This document shows, one piece after another, positions 11,234-34,409 of a DNA stretch of 64,000 nucleotides. Location: positions 8,093,488-8,157,487 of the forward strand of contig CP075497.1 of assembly GCA_021613535.1 (NCBI GenBank), in the 5' to 3' direction. The DNA is from Adineta vaga. Taxonomy: Eukaryota; Animalia; Rotifera. Under the pieces are notes generated by a model. That model did not search any database. It was given only the letters and a program-made list of their open reading frames with translations, and was not told the origin of the DNA. The stretch's first letter is position 1, and each line of letters begins with the position of its first letter. The translations under genes and the position numbers were made by a program.

Positions 11234-12050
11234 TTATTTTACTCTCATCCAATTAATGTGTTCATCTTCATTTGTAACACCTGGAATTTCTAAATTGTAT
11301 GTTTTAATCAAAAGATAAATAATTGTAATTGCAATATGTTGTGGTGAAAAGTCTTTGATTAATGTAAAATCATAATATGTATCTTGTAGAATCGACATAG
11401 CAATATCAATAAGATTGATATTATTTTTAATTGGTGTCGTTGGTGTAATCATCATCCATTTACTTAATGTATCCAAATAATGAAGTAAATATTTATTTGG
11501 ATGATTAAATTGAAAATGAAAACCAAGAATACGAATAAGAAATAATTCACAATCAACTAAAGTATTTCGTAAACGATGATATTCATTTGATATACGTAGA
11601 TATGGTCGATTAGGATGAAGTGTACTAAAGAAAGATTTTCTTTTCGTTATATTCAATTGATGAAAATAATGTTCATCTTACCGATAAGTGACATTGATTA
11701 AATCTCGAATTTTTACAGGTTCTTCTTCATATTTACTAGCTAATGATAAAGCTGTTACTGCTAATGTCTATAAGAATCAATTATATATGAATATTTTACT
11801 AATTATATAACTCACATATTGATCAAATTCACTTTTTTCTAAATGACAAGAACATTTATGATAAATAACAGCAGCTGATGCAGTTGTAACAATACTCAAA
11901 CGAAGTTTAGCCGCTAGAATTAAACAAATGAAAATCGTTTTTGTTGAGTTTTAAATTGAAAGTTTTTCTTTATTTACCACATTCAAACATATAACTAATA
12001 ATTACATAGCGTTTCTTCTCATCATCAGTTATGCTTGTTAATGATGTCAT
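11234..12050 (-). CDS. CCNQ: Cyclin Q / FAM58A-like cyclin (cyclin-box fold), 4 exons.
   Basis: Exons: MTSLTSITDDEKKRYVIISYMFECG / AAKLRLSIVTTASAAVIYHKCSCHLEKSEFDQY / TLAVTALSLASKYEEEPVKIRDLINVTYR / ...STLHPNRPYLRISNEYHRLRNTLVDCELFLIRILGFHFQFNHPNKYLLHYLDTLSKWM...QHIAITIIYLLIKTYNLEIPG. Strong similarity to FAM58A: RDIINVSNRYF...[33 protein letters not shown]...QHIAVAVLYLALQVYGVEVP. Confidence 0.65.
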
Positions 12051-12154
12051 TTCCAATCTAAAACTCAATAACTCACACAAACGAGATTAGACTAATTGAT
12101 CATTGAGTTGATTTAATTGTACTAGACTTTTGTTTCTTCAATGAAATTCTTTTT

Positions 12155-12196
12155 TTATATATATATAAAATTACAAAGATATATATATATATATGT
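12155..12196. repeat. (TA)n / AT-dinucleotide microsatellite between the cyclin Q start and the THOC1 stop.
   Basis: tatatatatataaaattacaaagatatatatatatatatg. Confidence 0.8.
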
Positions 12197-12254
12197 ATGA
12201 ATCATGTTGAAATATTATAACACAGTAAACACGAAGAAAAAATAGAACACGAGA

Positions 12255-14925
12255 TTAAATTGATGTCCGTTTTATTGATGCAAATCGTCTATCACGATTA
12301 TCATCATCATCTTCTTCGTCAACTTTAGGGACAATGTGTGTTGATGCTGTTGTTGTTGTTGCTTCTTCTTCTGTTTCTTGGTCCGTATTTGTTGTTTCAT
12401 CTGTACTTGGAGGATTTTCTAATGGTTCATCATCCATCGTTGTATCTTCGTCTTCTTCATCTCCATTTGTTGTTGATGTTGCTGGTGGAAGGTTTGCATT
12501 TGCTGCTATCGTTGGTGTACTTGTTGTCGTTGATGAAGTAACATATTCACGTCGAATTTTTTCACAAGTTGTAACAAGAAATTGTGCCATACTTGGAACT
12601 GTTTGTGTATTTTGAACGAAAAAGTAGGGTGATTGTCGAGCTAATAAACGTAATGCACGCCAAACAAGTGAAGGATCTTGTTGTAAAGATTTTTCTCGTT
12701 CTTTATCAAGTTCTTGTGGTGTTAATTGTTTATTATCTTCAGAATCATCGTTGGATGGTTTAGAAGCAACATCTTGAAGTTGGGTAATAATAGGTTCGAA
12801 AAAATCACGAACTGTTGGAATGTATTGTTGAGAAGGATTACGTAATTCTTCAAAATTCATTGCGCGACGTTTGGACGCTTGTTGAATCGATTGTCTAAAG
12901 TGAAAGTAATGAATGAGATTGATGAAAAAATTCTATTATCCTACCGAATATTATCAGATAATCGATATGGTGCAGATGTTTGTGATGAACTTTGTCTATT
13001 CAGATCAAGTTTAGGTTTCGAAAAATCTGGACAACTATTATTTTTCCATAGATTCCACATTTCTTCTCGTTTAAGTATATGCTAAAAATGTCAATTGAAA
13101 AATGAATTTATCAATTGAATTAGATTTATTTTTACCTGAATAGAAACAGTGAATACATTTGCACCTGTTCCAGTTTGTTTTAATAACTAGAATAAAGATA
13201 TGATTAATATAAGAATGATTTTTTCCAGAAAATTTTACTTCATGAATTTGATTTGTTGTTTTCTTAATCCATTGAGATTGTTCTTCATTCAGAGTTTGAT
13301 GTGGTTGTTTGAATTTAACAGGTAGAATAAGATATTGAAAAACGATAAGAAATTGTACGAGAATATTTTGTCGAAACGTAACATCGTTTAATTGTAATTC
13401 CAATAGCTATCAATTCAACAAAACCAATTAACATTATCATATCTTTGATGAGATTATTACTCACTTTTTCGCTTGTTAAATATTTGGCAAAGAATGAATC
13501 ATCAGTCGATGAAACAGTTTTTACATTATCTAATTGATTATTCGTAAAAACATCCAGAACTTGATTTGTATTCTGAAATCAATTTTCTTATGAAAACAAA
13601 AGAGATTTTATTTCGAAGGAAACTTACATGTACAAAAGTATTCCATGATGTTCGTTCCCATAGTTGAAATGGTTTTGAGAAATATTCTTGTAAAGTCCAA
13701 AAATTTGTATAAAATTCCGCGGAATTTTTCTGATGTCTACAATAATCGATGGATGAAAATGAAAGAAACAAATTGATCTATATATACTTACAAATCATGA
13801 ATTTCTCCGTCTTCATCTACTTCCATTTTCTTTTCTTTCTACAAAAAATGAAATAAAACAATAACGATGAATGATAGATATTTTTCTCTAACGAACTTCA
13901 ACTTCTTCAACTGGTGAAATTGCTGGTTTAGTTTTTGTAAGTTTTGTCACATTTTCTGTATTGAAATGACCAATTTGATTCAAACCTGAATGAAGAAAGT
14001 GAAGATTATGAAAGAGAAGAAGTCAAATATTTATACCAGATTTTTCATTAAGAGGAAAAAGTTGAGCAAGAAATGTTAATATCCGTCCAGAAAAGACAGT
14101 TTTTTGTGTTTTTGATAGACGTTTTAACAGATCTAAATATATTCTATGTGATTTTCTCTATAAATATTAACGAGATGAATTACCATTGCACATTCTTAAA
14201 AGTATATTTTTCACTGATGGAAAAAAAGTTGTCTAAAAATAAGAGAGAAAACTAGACGTTTATCAAGGGAAGAGAAAAACATACTGATCGCCAGATCGAA
14301 GCTTTTTCTTCCATAACAACAAAGATTCGTTCACTGACATCAATTGTTGTATAAGCAAATAAATCATTAAAGAGATAAACAGGCATTGTTGCCGCAGCAA
14401 ACTCTAATAATAAAGCAGCACAATGATTAATTAAAATTCAATTGATAAAAATGACATTTTCATTTACCACTATGCACAGCTTCGATAGCAAATCCAATTA
14501 GATTACGAACACGAGTTAAAAATTGATCAGTCACAAATGTTGATGTTTCCATATCATCTAGATTTGTACCATGCGTTACTTCTAATTGTTCTTCCTAATG
14601 AAAAAAATATTTGACGACAAAGAGACAAAGAATGATAGAAACATACCATTAAACCAAAAAGAACTGATCGAAATGCATGTTCTACAGCTGTACGATATTC
14701 CGGTGACTTATTTCTATTCATATAAAGTTCTGTCTGATTTATTCAAATATAAATTGACTTACTTATCAATAACTTCTCGTATTGTTTGTGTATTCCATTG
14801 AGATTTCTTCAAATCAGCCTAGATGAAATCGGAATAGAATTGTTTTACTTTAACTACTAATTTTCTCTTACTTCAACATGTTGTCGAATAAATTCAAATG
14901 TCGATGAATTTTTTTCAATCATCTG
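12255..14925 (-). CDS. THOC1: THO complex subunit 1 (THOC1/HPR1), multi-exon.
   Basis: [56 protein letters not shown] (cf. human LNDSNFRRYVLLQFLILFQYLKGQVKFKSS...TDEQSLWIEDTT). Acidic/Thr-rich C-terminal exon at 12255..12860. The first exon is [17 protein letters not shown] with a gtaaga donor at about 14874. Confidence 0.7.
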
Positions 14926-15277
14926 AAAAATGTAAAGGGAAAAATGCATTCATGTATGATTAAATATTTCTGTATATATTCGTCTTTAATTTTTACACAT
15001 TAATCATCAATAAAATGGAATAATTTAAGAAAAGAAAACAAACAAAAGAAAAACACGCACACACGAGAATTGACTATAATCATTCGGATTTTGTCTATGT
15101 GTCAGGAATCATTAAATATGCTTGTTCTATCTGACACATACATAATATTGCTCTGTTTAAATCACTGTATTGGAAAAGTACTGGTCCACAGCGGAGAAAA
15201 GAAAAGGTAATCAGAAAGAGTTAAATGGAATGAATAATAAAGGGCGAAATAAAGTTATAACTAAAAAAAGACATCAT

Positions 15278-18200
15278 TTCAGGAAAGTTTTGATTTCTTC
15301 CAATAAATTCGATAAGAAATGCATTTCTGTTGACTTGCCATCGATTGTAACACCATTTGATGATTTCAAAAGAAGAGCAATTGGATGACCTAGAATACTT
15401 TCTGAATATAATGATGCAGCAGAAGAAATTTGATCAACAACTAAAAAAGAAGGATCATTAATTTTTCAAAAAAAGAAAAATAAATTCAATGAACAAACTA
15501 GTGAATCGATAAGATTGACAAAGAATTTTGATTGTAGACAAAAAGTCTTGACTAGATGATGGAATACTAATATGTGATTGATTTGTTAAAGTACCTGAAC
15601 TCATCAAATCACCAAATGCATTTCTACAATGACATTTTTCAAATAAAAAAAACTTTCTCAACAAACAACAAAATTTCTTACGAATCGATTTTTTTTATTC
15701 TTAAATATTGTGAACAAGGTAAATCAAGTTTAAATTCTATTGTTTCTTTTGGACTTTCACTTGATGATTTCTAATTAAGAAAGAAAAAAAAAGAAAATAT
15801 TCTTCTAGTTTCGATTTCAACTTACATTAAGTGCATAAGTCAATGTTGTTTTTAATTTCTGTGGAAATGATATGGCAGTTATTCCAAAATTAATATGAAT
15901 ATAGTATTCTGAATGAGGAAAAAGACTGACAGATGGAAATGAAACATGATTTGGACTTGTTGGATTTAATAATTTTGAACTCATACTGTCAATAACATGA
16001 ATATCAATATGATCAATAATTGATGTTGTAAGATTTTTTAATAAAAATGTAACATCTAATTGAGCAGTAGATGATGATGGAATGATAGAAGAATCCTATT
16101 GATGAAAAAGAAAAGTTAAATTCTATTGCTTTTTTTATTGAAGCTGAAAGGTTTAGACTTACAATTGTTAAATGATCAGATTGTGCGATTGGTTTGTAAA
16201 TAACTTGTTCTTTTGAATTGGAAGAATTTACAGGATGAATGTCATCATTGCCCATTATGTCGAAAAGATGTGAATCTGTAGGTTTGTTCTCCGTAGTTTT
16301 AATTGATTGTTTTTCTTTAGTTTTCTTCTTTTTCGGTTTTTCTTCAGTTGAAACAGTAGCAGGTGGTGCCGATGGTGACGGAGTTGGTGATACAACTCGC
16401 TCTCGTTCGTCATCACCAGGTGATAATTCTTTATAATCATTTCGTTCACGATTTTGTTTCGATTTCGATGATGTTGATTTCTTTTCTTTTTCAACTGTTT
16501 TCTTCTTCGTTGTTTTCTTCTTGGATTCTTTTGTTGTTGAGGATGGTTGTTCAACAACCCGTGATACTGGTTCTGGAACTGGAGCTGGAGCTGGCGGTGG
16601 AGTCGGAATGACATGTGCAGGTTCACTTAAATCGATATTCAATGCTTGATGTGGATCATTCTTTTTACTTTTTCTACCACGTTGTTTGTCTTGATCGTTA
16701 TCTTCGTTGCCACTTTCGGTCGCACCTTCGGGTAATTCTCCACCACGTGTAATTTTAATTGCCGGATAGAGATCGTCATCAACATCATCAGCACCTGCTG
16801 TATCGGTGTTTTTTGATGATTTTTTTCCTTTTTTCGATGTTCCACTATCGGCTTTAGATTTTTTCTTTAAACGTCGGTTTGCTTCATCAATTTTCGATTG
16901 TTGATATATTCGATCCGATGATAATATTTGTAAATCTCGAGGAATCGTTCCATTAGCTTCCGCTGGTTGAGAACGTTCATTACTATCTAATGTAATCGAT
17001 GATGCTTCATTCTAGAATATGAAATAAGATAAAAAACTTATTCATCTATCCTATTACAAACATACTTTATTTATTGGTTTTGTTCCTTTTATATAGTATG
17101 GATTCAAATTTTCACTTTGTTTTCTTGTTTCTCTTTGTTTTACTAAGTCTTCTTTTGATACTTCAAGATACGCTTTCGATGGATTATAACCAGAGTTATC
17201 ATTCGTATATGAATCAAGATTACTAGCATGATAAGCATTCTCTTGGTTGCTACCAGGAAGTAAACTTTGATTCTTATATTCATACACATTCGTTGGAACA
17301 GTTTCTTCTTCACTCTCAGATGGTGGATCATTTATCCAAGCATCCAAATCCAAACTGAAATATATACGTATATGAGTATATCAAACGAATAGATTTCTAA
17401 ATGTAAATTGATTTACCCTGCAGGTACAGCCACTTTACGTTGAGCTTTGCCAGCGACTGGATTGAGTATACCATCGAAAAGAACAGTTAATTCATTTGAA
17501 TTGAATTCCGATTTTTCAATTAATTTTAACACAACTTTGAGAATATTTAAAACTATACTTGCCTAAATTGGTCAAAAAAGAAATTTTAATTTTCAATTGA
17601 AGAAAAGAACAAAATATCATACTCGTTCTTGTGCTTCAACATCTCCACTTGATACAAACACGGACATTTTATTGATTGCCATTGAAACAAGATCTTTCGT
17701 GATTGTTTCATTATTATCCGATGTTATAATTAGATGTGTGATAATTTTCAAAATATTTTGATAATAAACAGATTGAATATGTCCAGGAAAAGATATTATT
17801 CTTGTATTAAGCATTGATTGCAACGTTTTTTGTGGATCGTTCAAATTACTAAAACACAATAATACATATCATTACATTTTAAGAAAATAATCAACTTTAC
17901 CAGCTAAATTCCCCACAAATCCATGCAGCTGCATATAAAACTTCAGCAACATTTGAAGAATTTGAACCAAGAATAAAAACATGTGCATTTTCAAGTAGAA
18001 TAGCCTAGAAGATATTGATGAATATCGTTAAAAAAAAACAAATTGTTTACCATTTGATTGCAAACAAATTGACGAATAGATTCAACTCGAACAGCTACAT
18101 CAAGTAATTGTAACGATATCATACTACCATGTTTTGTTCCTTCAAGCCGAGTAAGTTCAACCAAAATACTTACATACCTACGAATTGAAATCTTCAACTA

Positions 18201-20106
18201 TGAAGAAAAAGAAAGATAAAAAAACAACGCAAACTAACCATTCAAAATTCATTATATGTTGATAATCATTTTGACTACAAATTTCGATTATTTTTGATAA
18301 TAATTCATCACGATAATGTGATCCTTCAGCTTTATGCATATGAGCTACTAATTTTCGTACAATATCCATCAAATTTTTTCTTGATACCTAAGAAACATTC
18401 ATGAAAAAATAATCGAATCTTTCAACAAATACAATTTTTTTACCATGCCAGAAAGTAAATCAAGTGCTCGTAAACGAATGGATTCATCTTTATCATCGAG
18501 ACATTGAAGAATCAAGTCATTATGTTGTTGAACACTTTTAGGATGTGTTTGTAAGATTCTTGACATTGCAAGTAAACCAAGATATTTTACTAGATGAAAA
18601 ATAAACCAAGTTTATTAAGGATTCTTCTCCAATCTTCCTTTTTCTCTCTTACAATTTTGATCGGAATCTTCAATAAGAATACGAAGTTTTTGTACACATA
18701 ATTGAATGGAAGCATTATGATTAGGTAAACCCGACGAAATCGAAACCAAAACTAGATTAAAACAAATATAAATTGAGAAGAAAAATGATTATTCCGATGT
18801 TTTGTTTTCTGTACCAGCAATGACAGTATTAATACATTCATAGAGTAAAGACATAGCTGATGTACTATGAATGAGATTGGTTAATGGTTCAATTAATTTC
18901 TTGCCTAACCGTGGTTCCAATGGTGTTAATGCACCGAACTAAAATATTTGACAAATAAGAAAAGAAAATTGAATTAATAATTTGTAAAGAAACTAAAAAT
19001 TTCTTCTACCAATTTAATAATTTTAATTAAAACCCAATTATTTGATGATGTTGTCATTAATCGAAAGAAAATCGGTGCTAATGGAAGATAATTTTTTGGA
19101 TTACGTCTTGCTAATTCGCAGATAACATTGACAGCTGCTGCTTGAACACCTGTTAAAAAGCAAATGAGAAAACAGTTGAAGACGAAATTTTCTTTTTTCA
19201 ATAATCAAACCTGGATCCGGATCTTCCAATTTTTCACGTAAACGTGGAAATGCAGGTTTAAGTGCATCAGGGTTATTTAAAAATACTTTATATAAAAGTA
19301 AAACTGCTCTTTTACGAACATATGGTTTTGTTGATGTCATCTAAATGTAATCAAATTTATGTTTTTTTTTTCAATCTAAAACCTAAAGAGAATGTATCTG
19401 TTCTTCATACCTGAATCATAATATCATTCGCTAAATCTCTTGCTAGATCAGCATTGATAAAACATGACAAACCACTCATTGCTAATCCAGCTTCATACAT
19501 TGATGAACTATTCAAATCCTAAAAGAAATCATTCCATTTAAATAGAAATAGTAAAATCAAGAAAATAGATCATTCTACTTTTCGAATCATATTTGTTGTT
19601 AACATTAACACATCTGTTCCTTCATGAAAACATTGCGATGCAGCCAAATATCCAATTCTCTACATAAATCAAAATTCAAACATATATTCCAAAAACTGTT
19701 CATACATACTTTAAATGTAAATTTATTTGAACTCATTACTTCAATAATATTAAATGCACTCCATGAGATATCATAGCCCAACATTTGAAGCTAGAAGAAA
19801 ATTAAAAATATGAATTCTTTTCTTCATTCAAATTCTTACATATGTTAATTTATTAACAGCATTTGCTTTAGCTGACATATTATCTTGTTTAAGTTCTTGT
19901 TTGATTTCATCAATAGCTTCATTGATATATTTCGACTGGAAAAATTCAATGAGAAAAAACTTATTTGAAAAAGATAAATATGAATATCATACTTCATTAT
20001 CTTTATGATTTCGAATTCCTCGAACAAGATCATGTAAACTTTTATCAAACATGGGTCCAAAACTATCTTTCGCTTTTTTCACTACTTGATCCATTGTTGT
20101 CGACAT
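15278..20106 (-). CDS. AP3D1: AP-3 complex subunit delta (AP3D1), multi-exon.
   Basis: N-terminus MSTTMDQVVKKAKDSFGPMFDK at 20106. Trunk: TKPYVRKRAVLLLYKVFLNNPDALKPAFPRLREKLEDPDPG, AAAVNVICELARRNPKNYLPLAPIFFRLMTTSSNNWVLIKIIKL, MHKAEGSHYRDELLSKIIEICSQNDYQHIMNFEW, ISILVELTRLEGTKHG...LLDVAVRVESIRQF, SFPGHIQSVYYQNI. A K/E-rich hinge lies at 16013..16900. C-terminus: ASLYSESILGHPIALLLKSSNGVTIDGKS...FLSNLLEEIKTFLK* (cf. ASMYSRSIQGHHVCLLVKKGENSVSVDGKCSDSTLLSNLLEEMKATLAKC). Confidence 0.85.
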
Positions 20107-20278
20107 GACGTTTACACTAAATAAACGAGAATAATAATTTCATATATATATATATATATCTGTATGATAGACATCGTTCAGCCGCCATTTTTCTCTATCA
20201 TCAACCTTCCTCATTTGTCTATTATAGATGTCCTACGATTTCATATCGTGAGCGTATTTTTCTTCTCTATGTGATCGT
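20107..20278. promoter_or_regulatory. 172-bp head-to-head (bidirectional) promoter between AP3D1 (minus) and SLC35B1 (plus). It contains a (TA)9 tract at 20141..20160.
   Basis: The start codons at 20106 (minus) and 20279 (plus) are separated by only 172 bp, which include catatatatatatatatatatc. Confidence 0.4.
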
Positions 20279-21658
20279 TTGTCAAAAGCAAAACAAAAAA
20301 TAATATACACAACGGCTACGAAAGTTGATCTTTTTCCATCAAGTGTGGTTTTTAAAACCATACATGATAGTGTTCATCAACGAAAATCTTCTCGAATCGA
20401 TCTGAATATCAAACTTAATCAATTGAAATTATTTTTTAATAAATCATCTATCAAATTAGTCGTTTCTTTTTTGGGTATATTCATTTCATATTTAATTTTT
20501 GGAATTATTCAAGAATCAATGTAAGCGAAAAATTGAATTACATTATTGAAATAAAATATCTCATTCTAGTGTTAAAGGAATCTATGGAAAAAATGATAAA
20601 TTTACATTTATTTTATCACTGGTCTTTTCTCTATGTATCTTTAATGCTATTGTATCAAAAATAAGTATGTAACAGATTGATTCTCGATCATAAGAATAGT
20701 TTTATTGTTGGGTAGTTTTAATCGTTCGAAAATCTCATCGAGATACAACACCTTCGGTTATGTATGCATTTGTATCGTTTACATATCTATTTGCAATGCT
20801 TTCGAGTAATTATGCATTAGAATTTGTGAGTTATCCAATGCAGGTGGGAATTTATTCAAATGATTGAGAATGAAATTTTGTTTTTGAAACAATTGTTTTA
20901 GGTTTTGGGAAAATCGGCTAAACCTGTACCGGTGATGCTTTTAGGTGTATTATTAGCAAGAAAACGATATCCATTGAGGAAATATTTATATGTTTTATTG
21001 ATTGTTTTTGGCGTGATTTTGTTTATGTATAAAGAGCCGAAAGAAACAGCGAAAGCACTGGATGAAGGTGAAATTTTCGGAATTGGAGAGTTTCTTTTGG
21101 TAGGTTTTTCTCTTTGAAAAAATCGTTGAAAGTTTATGATTAAAAAACACACGTTTTTTGTTAACTTAGTTTGTCTCACTTATCTTCGATGGTTTAACAG
21201 GTGGTATACAAGATCGTATTCGTGAGAAACATAAAGTTCAAGCATATCATATGATGTTTTCCATGAATCTCTGGTCATGTTTATGGTCATTTATAGGCGT
21301 TCTTGCTACTGGTGAATTTTATGGTTTTATTGATTTTCTTCAAACTTATCCAAATACTATTTCAAACATTCTATTACTTGGCTTAACTGGTGCAATAGGA
21401 CAGGTAAATCATACTGAAGCAAAAATAACTTCTCTGGTTGAATTGTACATCTTTCTTCTCTAGAACTTTATCTTTCTTACGATCGAATGGTTTGGTCCAT
21501 TAACATGTTCAATAGTTACAACTACACGGAAATTTTTTACAATTCTCTGTTCAGTATTTATCTTTGGTAACCTTCTAACAGTTCGTCAAACATGTGCAAC
21601 GATACTTGTATTTCTCGGGCTGTTTCTCGAAGAAATACATGGCAAGAAAAAACACTGA
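20279..21658 (+). CDS. SLC35B1: Solute carrier family 35 member B1 (nucleotide-sugar/ATP-ADP transporter family; ER AXER-like), about 6 exons.
   Basis: Near-colinear with human SLC35B1: [51 protein letters not shown] (cf. [50 protein letters not shown]). [97 protein letters not shown] (cf. [45 protein letters not shown]). Confidence 0.85.
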
Positions 21659-21916
21659 TATCAATGTTTATTATCATTCCAATTCTGGTTTTTTTAGTGA
21701 ATCAACGTTTTCTGTTATGCTTTTCTTTTCAATTTTTGTTATCAGAATAGAGCCAAATAAAAAAAAAAGAACATTTACGTCATAACAAGGTCATTGTACT
21801 GAAAACAACATTACATCCATCCTTGACAAGAACGCAAGAGAAAAAAGGAGTAGCATAGAAGGCAAAAAAGAAACAGCAGTTGATTTTGCTTCGAAAAAAA
21901 GAGTCGTAGATCATCG

Positions 21917-23560
<1,644 letters not shown>

Positions 23561-24009
23561 ATAACGCATTCGTTTTTCTTCAATTCATTTACTAATATAT
23601 TCAAAGTATATCTTTTAGTCTTTATCATAATTTTTTCTTTTCCAATATAATACGACATATTCGGTCGATAATAGACACATTTAACTTATCAACCACGTGT
23701 ATGATTCATATACATATATCGTGGTGAATCTATTCACAAAAACTTGTTCAACTACAAAGAAAAAAAGGTAAGTTTTAGAAGAAGAATATATAAAAATGTA
23801 GAATAGCAAAAAAAGAAAACTTCATATTTCTTGAAAAAAAAATATTCTAAAAATAAACATGTTCAATAGAACGACTGTTTGAAAGCAAAACAAAAACACT
23901 TGCACAGAAAAACTTAGTGCTAAGAAAAAAAAACCTAATAGAAAAAAGAAAGGAGTGGCATAGCGCGCACATATTCAAAGGAGAAAAATTCAAATCACTT
24001 GTACAACAA

Positions 24010-28223
<4,214 letters not shown>

Positions 28224-30162
28224 ATTAATAATAAGACTTCAATCCGTAAGGGTGAATCAACTGTAACAAGAAATAATTAAATATCTTTGTTTTTATTTAA
28301 TGAAAGAAAGTCATTATTCATACAATAGATTTTGGTTGTTAGATTCAATTTGAAGATATCTGCTTTATCTCTTACTGTAAATTGATATTTTTCTCTTAAT
28401 GTTCGATTATTTTCAGACTAGTCGATGCTTTTTCGGACGATCTGACCACGTGGATGTTATAGATATTTGGATCCATGTTGCGTTCTCTCCAGGCATGGAC
28501 AAAAGGATGTACTGCAATGAACGGTCAGCTTTAAGAAGAGAAAAAGATATCCGGTCATTTTCGATGCTTATATATATATATGTATATGAACGAGCTAAAT
28601 TCAAATCGAGGGTTCCAAGATATAAAGAATGAGAAGGAAGTGAATATCGACATACAAATGAAACTTGTGTTCATGTTTTTGACTGAATAGCATGGAGCTG
28701 TTTCCATTATTTGCATTAGTCTTATATAGATTCCTGAAGGGATAAATGAGACTTTAGCAGAGCATATTTTCTTTCAATGGATTATTACGCTTGGAAAAGA
28801 CCTTCTGAGAACATGTGTTTGACAATAATTTTGCCAAAAAAAAACAACATTGAATCATGTTCATATTCAACAAATGTATCAAGTCACGCATTCATGTAAA
28901 ACAGTTGATGAAACTTTGATAAATGTCTTTCTAATTGTGACATTTCCATATTATCTGGATATGAAAATCATCAATATAAATGATCTGATAAGATCTATTA
29001 GCTATCTGTCATATTATATTAATAATTACACTAATGAAAACTTTTTGACATATAAATTACTTTTATTAAAAAGTTTTATAAACTTGAAACACGAAGAAAT
29101 GTCTTCAATTCTTCCGCATCACTATAAAATCATATATAACAAAAATAACGCAAGCCTTTTAATGCCAACATCTTGTCAAATGAGGAATGAAAGTTTACAT
29201 GCAATAACTAATCAAATTGGATGCAAATTTTTTCTTCTTCTTATAGTACACAACAAGAGTAGATTGGTATCATTTTTTTGCAGGTTATAAAAGTAAGTAC
29301 ATATTTGTATTAATGAATGAAAAAAACTTTCCTTTCTGCTGTGTAGAAAACGTCTCTTGCACTCGAAGCATTTTGTTTTTGTTTAATATACCTGCTTAAA
29401 CTTGTTTTTAACATAACCAATAGAGAGAAATAAAGAACATTTGCACAAAAAAGGTATACCTACCTACTTTAAGCGGATCGATTTCGTCATGATAAACATT
29501 CACCTTTCTAATATCGATACAAATAATCAAAATGATATTCAGTCATTTTACTTTCACAATAGTTTAGCTAGCAATGCATATTTCGATGGCTATATTCACT
29601 AATAATAAAACTATAGAATACCACTTTCTCATCAAATTTTCTCATGTAAAAATCTTTTGCATATGATTAACTAAAAACTGTTTTTTTCTCTCTCTATATC
29701 CTGTTGGGTACATGTTTTGATTAATATGACCCCTTTTTTTTCTCTTTTCTTTATATTAGCAACGCCAATATAGAGTTATTTTCGTCGCAGATGTGTTTTT
29801 TTCTTCTCCTTTTTTTCTGACTAAAGGATAGAAGTTTTTTCTTCGCAACAACAATTCTTGCTCTGTTTCTGACGTCTCGTCTTCTAAACGTTAGACAGAA
29901 CGACAAATGTGTGTTGGTATAGTGTTCTAACTGGAAGAAATAGAATATTAGGGTTTTTTCTCCTCTCTTTTTTGCCGAGCTCGAAACGTTCGAACGAAGA
30001 CAAAAACATAAGCGTGTTTCTTACATTGAGAGAAGAATTACGCATGTTCTTTCTTCTGTTTATTTTTAGTATTTTGTTTTACTATTACGATTGCTGTTGT
30101 TGTTGTTGTTGTTTTAGATCGCGGTGGATTGTTATTGAAAACTTTGTCAACATAGAAAAGCT
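28224..30162. promoter_or_regulatory. Divergent intergenic region between the PIWI (minus) and glycogen phosphorylase (plus) starts. It includes a (TGT)n microsatellite at 30091..30113, about 50 bp upstream of the phosphorylase ATG.
   Basis: 1.9 kb with no conserved ORF; the 146-aa ORF at 28850..29290 is low-complexity and AT-driven. Contains ttgctgttgttgttgttgttgtt. Confidence 0.3.
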
Positions 30163-33804
<3,642 letters not shown>

Positions 33805-34389
33805 TCAATCATAGTCCTTTACTTTACCATTTAGTCGATAGTTCAAATTATCAAATAGAAATCCCCTGTCAGTTTGCATTATTTCATACAATTTATTTTA
33901 TCACATCTCAATCTCATAAAGAAATAAACATATTATTATTAAGAATAAAACTTCAATTTAGTATTACATCAAAAATATTTGAATTCACTAACAATACAAA
34001 GAATCGTATATCCATTGAATTGATCACAATTGTTTTTCAAATAGTTTTCTTTTTTCCAATCGATAGAACAAGATCAGAACGAGATAGTATGCTGAGTTAA
34101 ACTATCATAAATCTCTACTACATTGATTATTTCGATTGATAAAGAAAAATTTGGAGATCATTTTCATATTTGATGTATTTTTTTATATGAGAAACTCTAT
34201 TATTTGATGATTTATGAAATAATGTGTCACTATATCGATGAATGAATACTGCCCTGTTAGAATAGGTTACAAATACGTGTCAAATGAGTTTTGAACGATT
34301 TTTCTCTCTGATATATCATTGTTTCATCATATAATATGATATCTACACGTATGCTCGTAGTCATGTCATCGTTCATATTGAATGAGATA

Positions 34390-34409
34390 TATGTATGTAT
34401 GTATGTATC
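34390..34409. repeat. (TGTA)n microsatellite in the phosphorylase-RCC1 intergenic region.
   Basis: atgtatgtatgtatgtatgtatc. Confidence 0.8.

Noticed and set aside
12334-12615. Plus-strand ORFs (93 and 67 aa) rich in V/S/L that overlap the THOC1 C-terminal exon.
   Set aside because: They are antisense reading of a low-complexity acidic/Thr-rich coding exon (GTT/GAT repeats). They have no start context or conservation, so they are a frame artefact.
16255-16626. Alternative-frame 123-aa minus ORF that is K/R/Q-rich (MNLHMSFRLHRQLQLQFQ...).
   Set aside because: It lies inside the AP3D1 hinge exon. The AP3D1 frame is supported by homology, and this one is just the shifted frame of a lysine/glutamate-rich repeat.
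28850-29290. 146-aa plus ORF in the PIWI/phosphorylase intergenic region.
   Set aside because: It is AT-driven low-complexity (N/I/L/Y rich) with no recognisable domain or splice context. It is more likely promoter/UTR sequence.
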